Assembly (NCBI GenBank): GCA_037447605.1
Contig: CM074806.1
Coordinates: 682,001 to 746,000, forward strand
Source: Zygnema circumcarinatum SAG 698-1b
Taxonomy: Eukaryota > Plantae > Zygnematophyceae
Direction: 5' to 3'
DNA: 64,000 nt
The notes below the pieces were generated by a model that saw only the letters and a list, made by a program, of their open reading frames with translations, had not been told where the DNA came from and made no database searches. Positions 56,330 to 64,000 of the stretch are shown piece after piece. The first letter of the stretch is position 1, and each line of letters begins with the position of its first letter. Both the position numbers and the translations under genes were made by a program.

Positions 56330-59300
56330 ATGGCTGCAGGCCCTCCTGCCGCATTCGCCAGAACAGCCTCCACAGCCCCACCTGGCCGACATGACGCGCG
56401 GGTCGTTCAGCAGTTTTTCAGCGGTCCAGGGCAAAGAAATGGCTTGCATTGTGAGAGAGTTTGCTTCCGCAGAGAGGGACGCCGAAGAGGGTTGTGCTGG
56501 ATGTCAGTTTGGGAGAGCAAGGAGTTGCGTGGATTTTTGTTGCACAAGGAAAAATCGGTGCTGAGTGTGAGGATCGGTAGAATCGTGCCTGTGAGTAACG
56601 CTTCTGTAGCTGCAAGCGATACGAGTCCTCCTAGTGATGCTGAGGGATCATTCTCCTCCGCAATTTCGTCAGGAATTGATTCTTGCAACCCAATTCGTGA
56701 ATGTGGAGATCTCTCTCATTCAAATGCTGTTGACGCAAGCCATATTTCTCCAAAGTTAAGTCCGAACGTGAATTGTTCGATTGATCAAGGTACAACAAAC
56801 AGAAGTCTACACCAAGAGACATTGCGGGAAGAGATTAACAGTAATGCCGGAGCCCTCTCGCTTGAGAGACTCCGGTCGGAAATCGGTTTCAGACTTGGGC
56901 CATCGCAGAAACCTTTTGAGAGATACATCCTGCAGGAAGCTCGGGACGATGTACAGCTCTGGGTGAGAACGCAAGACCTCCTCAGTGCCACATATCCCTT
57001 TAAAACGAATGCAGTTTGTTTGTTTCTGAGCGTGTTTGAAATCAGCAGTGTCAATGGCTCGATAAATATGCTAGAAGTGGACAATTATAGCAAAATAAGC
57101 TCCAAGGTAGGTTTAATGGGACGGGAAAATAATGATATTGAAGCAATGTGATGTGGGCGTGGGTGGACAGGCAGCAGCATGGCTGCGGGCAGAAAGCCAT
57201 TGTGAGGGACAGCCCTTTGTTCGGTAATTGCACTTTGCCCAAACATTTTTCTGACTGGTTGGTCATCGTCGATTGTTTTAGGAGGTTTGTTCCTTATACC
57301 TATCGGAGGCTTTCGCAATTTTTCGATTGGTATACAGATCGGAAGTCTGTTTCCGTTTTGGGGCTCCTGCATTTGTCAATAAGATGCTGTATTTTGTCGT
57401 TTAAGAACACTACCTTACATCCAACGGTAGTTCTTTTTATCTCTAAGGTTAAAAAATCTGACTGCTGGGCACTCTGGAATGCATGCGTTTGAAAATCTGC
57501 TTACTTGGGTCAACTATGACGTTGATGGAAGATGTTGGGCTGCTTCCATAAAACAGTAACCATTTGTTTCCATATTGGACTACATAAGTCATGTAACCTT
57601 TCCTCAAAATGTCGGACCGTTGAAGTACCGGTTGTACTGAATTGAACTGGCTGCGTCTTGCTTGTCACTTTTACAGGTATGTGGAAAGCTTCAAAAAGCG
57701 ATTTGCAGAACAGGTATACTCGAAGAACTAACAGTATTTGGCAATGTTCATATCCTCACTTCAGAAACTTGAAAAAAACACTGATGCTGAAAGTATGTTT
57801 CTTGATGATAATCAACGTTTAGCAACGGTTGGTTCTTCAATTAGGGCTAGAGGGGCTTGGAGTTCATTGACAGGAGTTTTTGGGAATGAAGAAGCGTATT
57901 GTGGCCAGATATGGACGCTCACTCAAATGCATCTGCTTTGTGGCGGTACGTGCGCTTTCAGCCTACACTGTTTCTATTGGGACATCAAATTAGAAATCTC
58001 TTGCGGGACTGAGGGCTAATTAGCAAATTCCGCAACACTTATCATGTATTTCTGGGTCATGGGAGAGGCTTAGAAGTGAAAGAGTACGAAAGAATTCAGC
58101 GAAATGTCTTATTTTATTTTCTCAGTTTATGCTGACATGGTGGCAGGGCTTGGCCTGCCAGGTGGCTGTACCCCCCGAGGAAGAACGCACAGGGCCCCAT
58201 GGAACGGCCCTTCAGACAACTCTGGGAACATTGGACTTGAGCCTGCGCCAATTATCGCCGTGGGAGATAATGCCCGGGGTGAGTTTTGGGAGCGAAATGG
58301 AAAGCTGTGATGATTTGACATGATTTGATAGAGACGCAAGAAGGATGGAAGAGGGAGACTCAGGGATTCAACATCCTTAAGGACTCGTAGATTGCAGTCA
58401 CCTCCTATCGATTCCAAGCAGATCGCTTCCTGATAGCAGGCAATCCTTGTAGGCAGGATTGCACAGTTCTGGCTTATGCTATGAACGAAGTAGATACAGT
58501 CAAAGGTAAGGGAATCCCTTGTGGGATTAGTGACCTGAAAGGATGTGAACGAAAAAAAAAGTCGCCGTCGAAATCGTCATTTCTATCAGCTCTATGTTTC
58601 GTTCTCTATTTTCTGACTTCGAAGCTTAGCGTCTTCTTCGGCTTTGCGAGGCAATAGCTGTCCTGGTGAATGCCATCTTCAGGGGGATATCATTCCATGG
58701 GCAGGTGGGGCCATGCAGGTGCGCAGTAAAACCAGCTCCCCCATGTCATTGCAGAGGCTTTGGAGCTTGCTGGTATTGGGCCATGGCTGCCTCCTCTCTG
58801 CCTGCTAACTCCCAGTCCTTTTTGCCCTTCCCATCCTCCAGCTCATGTTTAGAAACCCTAAATGCTGGGTCTCTTGCTTGGGCTGCAGGTTTCCCTGCCC
58901 ATGCATGATGGGAGGGAGTATCCAAGAGCAAGCAGGAAGGTGGTCTCCTACGGCTATATAGCGAATGTTTGCGTTCAAAAGACAGCTCGGCGTTGCGGCA
59001 TAGCCTATGAGCTGCTAAAGGTGGCGATTGAAGCTGCCAGGGAGTGGGGTGAGGCGTTCACATCTTATGGTTGCATTTCACAATCATGCATGCGTGAGGT
59101 CATTGTCCTCTTTATGAAGCATGTGAAACAGTAAGCGCAACCTAAGCTGTGTTTGACCCTTTGATGAATCGTTTTCCAAAGAGGTCGGTACTGAAGGATG
59201 ATGTACCATTCGGGAGGCAATGCATGCAGGCTTGAAGGAGGTGTACTGCCATGTTGATGTGGCGAACAAGCCCGCCTTCAATCTTTATCTTCGGACGGGC

Positions 59301-59506
59301 TTTGAGGTACGTACCTTTACTTTCCAGGCTGAACGAAGAAGGCCTTGAGGCAGCTATGCAAGCCTTTTCCAACATTTGAAGTGATGCATTTTGAGACGAA
59401 CTGTGAATCATATATGCAGGTGGCGGAGGAAGACTGGGACCAAGAGATCCTTCCCGCCACAAGGGCTGCGGAGAGGCAGACGGCCCTTATGAGGTTACAG
59501 CTGTAA
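56330..59506 (+). CDS. GNAT-family acetyltransferase, plastid GNAT6-like; multi-exon
   Basis: Exons encode AAAWLRAESH, YVESFKKRFAEQ, EFLGMKKR..CICFVA, LGTLDLSLR, YGYIANVCVQKTARRCGIA (acetyl-CoA motif), VYCHVDVANKPAFNLYLRTGFE. Start codon uncertain. Confidence 0.85.
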
Positions 59507-60518
59507 ATAGACACACCTTGTGTCCGCTGCCACTGTTGGTGTAGAGATGCGAACTGTGGTTGTTTAGATTGTGGGAACCCCAAGTTTAGGTTTGTGTTAC
59601 CTGGTGGGAGGTGAGGCTTTAATGTGATTAGTGGAAGGAGCTTAGGTTAACCTTTTGGTTTTGAAAAGAAATCATTGGCACGTTGCTTCGCATCCCAGTA
59701 GGTCTTGGATCTGTTCGAGTTCCTTTGGAGCTTGAATGCAGGCAGCTGCTTCAGGTGTAGTTACGTTTAGAGTGGTGTCATGCTGACAATGAATTCTTAC
59801 TCTTAAGTATGCGTAAGATTAGAAAAAAGATGATGATTAGTGTCAGTTTAAGCGGTTTCTGGACATTAGAGGTTGACTTTCCCGACAGTCATGTGCAAGT
59901 AGGGTAGAGAAGAGAGGCCCCAAAAGGCGGAGCTCTGAATGTAGGAGTAAGCTGTAGAGTTCCAAAGGCTGGCCGTTACTGGTCTGCTTTGTTTTACAAG
60001 GAGGCCGTCGCCCTTGTGAGAACATTACTACACTATAATGCTGTGTTCCCAATCTTTTCTTTCTTTATTTGCGAATTGAAGCTCATGCTGTGAATGTCTG
60101 AAATCACCAATTTTGACTCCCCACATCGATGCCCACCATGATTACACGCACGGGGACCGCTCTCCATGAACAAGGCAATGAAAAAATGAATGAATGTGAC
60201 TCATGTCAGTTCACTCATTGACACTTTGGCATCTCTCCTCGATTAAATTGCCAATGTAACACGTATACTTTAGATGAGTCAAGTTAAAAAAAAAAAGTCA
60301 AGTCACTTCATGTTCTGTGCCTAAGGCGCCACATAAGCAAATGAGTCCATGCCCCACCATCATCCGCCGGCCCATGCGGCCGCTGCCATGCACGGGGGAT
60401 CTTGGGGCCATGCGGCCATGGATGGCCACGAGGGCATCAGCCATGCCTTCCCCGGCCTTCGTCCTAGGCTTAGCACAGCTGCTGATGGCTCTCCACTGTG
60501 CGGGAGGGCGGTCTATCC

Positions 60519-63500
60519 ATGGCGGCAAAGTCATCCCCAGGACCGAGGGCGCGCCCGTTCGCGGGTGAGTGCGCTGCAGGGGAGAAAGAGGAGCCCGCCA
60601 TGGCCCGCAAAAGGCGGACGCTTTTCCCCCCAGCAGGGGAGCAGGGGGGAAGTCATGCGAAGCGGAGGAGAGAGACGCAGGAGGAGAAGAAGGAAGAAAG
60701 GGAGGACTGGGATTGGGACAAACCTCTGTGCTTCATGCTGCTCGATGTCGCCATTCATGACCAGAAAGGGGCAGGGCCCGCGCTGGTAATGCCATGCATC
60801 TCCGCTCTTTGCGTTTACTGAGGTGTGGCATTTGACTCGACCTAATCTTCAAGTCAACCCGCAGCAATCATGATGACCCAGTGCGACCGTTGAGTCGTCG
60901 TTATGATCACTCAAGGGCATCGAATCATCAGTTTCATTAAAATGCTTTGAATCTAAGGTTTAGTTTTTATCATTAAGGAATATAAGTCACCATGGCAAGC
61001 TACGTGCATTAAGCCATTGTTAGTGACTTGGGAACATTGAGACTTTAGGCTGAATTACGATAAACATCAATGGTTATCAGCTCAAACTTTAAGAGTCCGC
61101 GAGCCCCTTGACTGTGCTTGCAGATTCTGCTATACGGCCTCACAAAAGAAGGGCGTACAGTATGCTGCCATGTCGCAGGTGCACGACCTCACCAGCTTAC
61201 ACACTCATTTTAACGACAAAATATACTCGTATGTAGTAGATTCCAACTTATGCTACTTTTTCTTTGTTGCTTTCCTCTTCCTTAAAGTATACTATACAGA
61301 CTTGGAACTCAACGTGAAGTTAGGCATATATCTTGATTAATGATGAAAATGTCACTTGACTACATTTTTGTTCTATATCTCCAGATTTTGTGCCATACTT
61401 TTGGTTTCCATCGCCCGTTCAGGAAAATGGAAATGGCCCCGAGAGCATGGAAATCGTGAAGGATTTGTTAAACCAGAAACTGGCTTTAAGCCGAAAAAAA
61501 ACTGGAGCAGCCAAAGTCGAACCAATGGTGAGATCCTAATCTTGTCAATTGTTTCAGTCCCTCCTTTCTCCGTTGTCTTAAATGGATTTAAAGTCTCTTA
61601 ACCCTTGAGTCTGTGACATTTTCTTCTACCGAGGAAAATATTGAAACCTGTGAACCAGTGATTCCCTTCGTCCTGTGCTGATTGAGGTTTCATATTCGCT
61701 TTTCTGCATTGGATGGACAGGTGGCAGAAATCTCCAGTGCATATAGGACTCCTATTATGTACTATCGCCCTAACAGTCCCTTTCCTTTCCTCAAGGTACA
61801 GTGGTATTGACATGTTTTAGCTACGTTTTGTTATTTTCAACTATGGATGTACTTATACTTCCAGAGTCTGTTGGTTTTCAACTTTTTGAGTCTTGCAATC
61901 TGAAGCCGCTTGGGTCTTAAGGATAGAGGGGGAACGTAAGGAAGAGCACATTCTCACTTGAGGTGATCATGCAGATGTGCAGGTGAAAGTATGGAAGGAT
62001 AAAGATATCGGAACAGTGGCGAAGGAGCTTAAGTCCTTGGCCGAAAATCGTGAGTTACGGAGCGAGGGTATGACATGGAACGATGTTATGCCGTACGAAG
62101 AAGACATTAAGGTGAAACCTAACTAGCTTGCATTTCTTTTGAGACTCAGATCGATGGAGTCGGTCAGCTTGTTGGATGTTGGCAGAGAAGAAAAGTCGTG
62201 ACAAAAACAATGACTAGGGGTCTTTGCTATCTTTTTCCTCTTATTTGCAGTTAGGAATGCGGTTTCTATGTGACACTTCCTTGGCTGGAGGTGCGTGGGT
62301 GGAACTGCAAAACTTTCAGTCGCAGTCGACGGACAAACGAGTCTCGAGCTGCCACGTGGAAGTTGCTGCTACAAGCTGGAAAGATCTGAAGGGCCTAACT
62401 CCGGATGCCACATACATGATGGAATTCAACCATGTTGAGGGTAAAGAAACTCGTAGAACAGCCGTAGAAAAGGTTGATCTGGCAGCAACTTTAAGGGAAG
62501 ATCACGAGTTAGGGTTAGGAGTAGAGTTTAACGAGGAGGGATGGACTTCAGATCCGACAATCACAGAAGATTTTTTTGGGAATGAAGGGCGAGCTGGTGA
62601 AGGAGGGCGTGAGGGAGAGAACAAAAGAGGAGAAGAGGAAGGGGGCAAATGCGGTAGCCAGACTTCCCTGAAGGGAGCCGAATTTGTTCATGTTCCTCCT
62701 TTGCGATTGTTGACTCTTGATGTTCAGTTCTCGGGAGGAGGGAGGATCACTGGAGGAGGCATAGGAGATACTTGCTTTCGGTCTGAGGGAATGGCCAAAA
62801 GTTCATTTGAGAATGTGAAGGTGGGGAAGGCGAGAAGTAATGGACAGCGTGGAAAAAGTACAGTCCGTCCGACTGCGAAAAAATCCGCTCCCAAGAAACA
62901 TGAACTAGATGAGCGAACAAATGGCAATACAAACAGGAATTCAGATTCACTGAAGAATGCCTCTATTGAAGGAGTGGGAGCGAGCGGTAGCACAGATATC
63001 GGAGATATCGAGGTTTTGGGAGGGGTGGCTGGGGGAGGTTCAGCTGTTCCCAGTAGAGACCCAATCCTCATGATCACATCGAGGATATCGGAAGTTGGCT
63101 CCCACTCCGCTAATAGAAAAGTCGTGTTCACACATGGAAACGGGCTGTTAAACGGAAGGCCAACGGGAGTGGAGGTCCGTACATATGCATCGGAAGCAGA
63201 AATGCTGAAAGCGTGGCAGATTTTCGTGGTAGAGGAGGTCGATCCGGACGTTCTATGTGTGTTTCAGCTTAGAGACAGTTTGAAGTATTTGGTGGAGAGA
63301 TGCAAGGTGCTCAAGATGGGTGGGTTGGAGATTGGTCGACATCGTGGACAGGCCACAAAGGTGACAAGTTCAAGACTGTAACATGTTTTGCAAGCCTTGT
63401 TAGTTTTGAGGAAAGGTTTTGTATGTTCGTTTTTGAGATTCTGAGGGTGCAATGGGGGGGATACAGGTGAAATCTGTTGTAACTTATGGAAAGGTAGGGT

Positions 63501-64000
63501 GCCATGCATGGCCTTGAATCCACATTAGTTTTGCTTTCGACCATTCCAATTAGCAGGGAAAGGGACCTGATGCGAGAATATCCCATATTATAGTTTGCAC
63601 TTTGTAGAATCTCCTGCCTCTGAAACCAACTGTCTCTGAAGTGATGCCTCACATGCTTGTCTGTTTTTGACAGTCGAAAAGCTCCTGAATTCACCTTATT
63701 TGAGCATTAGGCTCGCATTTGGTGTTTGCCAATTTGATTTTTGCTTGATTTTGGAAAGCGTTTAATGTCCAGAATTTCCCAGAAGGGTCTGTTGTGTTTG
63801 AACAATCAGCAAGCTCAGTACAACTTTTGTGTGGTGCCGGTATCCAGCGGTGGGTGAAGCAGCAGGCGCGGATGACCGCCACGTCCAATCAGGAGGTGTT
63901 CCGCGCCACCGTGGCGGGCCGCATGGTTGTGGACGTACTCCGAGCCGTCCTTTTGGCGCACAACCTCACCACCTTCTCGCTTGCAGAGTGCTCGCAGGTG
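60519..64000 (+). CDS. Family B DNA polymerase, divergent Pol delta catalytic-subunit-like (5' part; continues beyond window)
   Basis: NLS-like RKRR/KRRR. Motifs ILLYGLTKEGRTVCCHV, FVPYFW, IMYY...FLK, PYEEDI..MRFLCD..LAGGAWVEL, SSCHVEV, PLRLLTLD, DPILMI, SEAEMLKAW..F..VDPD, GRMVVD..FSL, all in Pol delta N-terminal/exonuclease order. Start is 60519 or 60600. Confidence 0.8.

Overview
Gene-dense eukaryotic nuclear DNA. It has GT-AG spliceosomal introns, gccATGg starts, CT/GA microsatellites and three 10-N assembly gaps. The gene content (PSI/DUF668, LRR-RLK, DiT1, plastid-type GNAT) points to a streptophyte, most plausibly a streptophyte green alga; that placement is inference. Thirteen protein genes can be reconstructed by hand: an intronless bacterial-like glycosyltransferase-type ORF, a 6-exon membrane-anchored GH30 (endo-beta-1,6-galactanase-like), a peroxisomal SDR (DHRS4/IBR1-like), a DUF3475+DUF668 PSI-family protein with a long extra tail, an adjacent intronless protein paralogous to that tail with ~12 LRRxxT repeats, mitochondrial EF-Ts, an aspartic protease/extensin-like chimera, Ataxin-10, DiT1, an LRR receptor kinase, Pol III subunit RPC5, MZM1/LYRM7 and a GNAT. 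The window also holds a Ty1/copia remnant and the 5' part of a divergent Pol-delta-like polymerase with a degenerate proofreading domain. The most interesting signals are: (1) the PSI + free-standing tail-paralog pair, with shared kinase-site arrays and shared upstream CGACAA clusters; (2) a ~140-bp inverted repeat bracketing the PTS1-coding last exon of the SDR; (3) the convergent pair of bacterial-looking glycan enzymes; (4) the exonuclease-degenerate PolB. All homology calls are from motif recognition; no searches were run.
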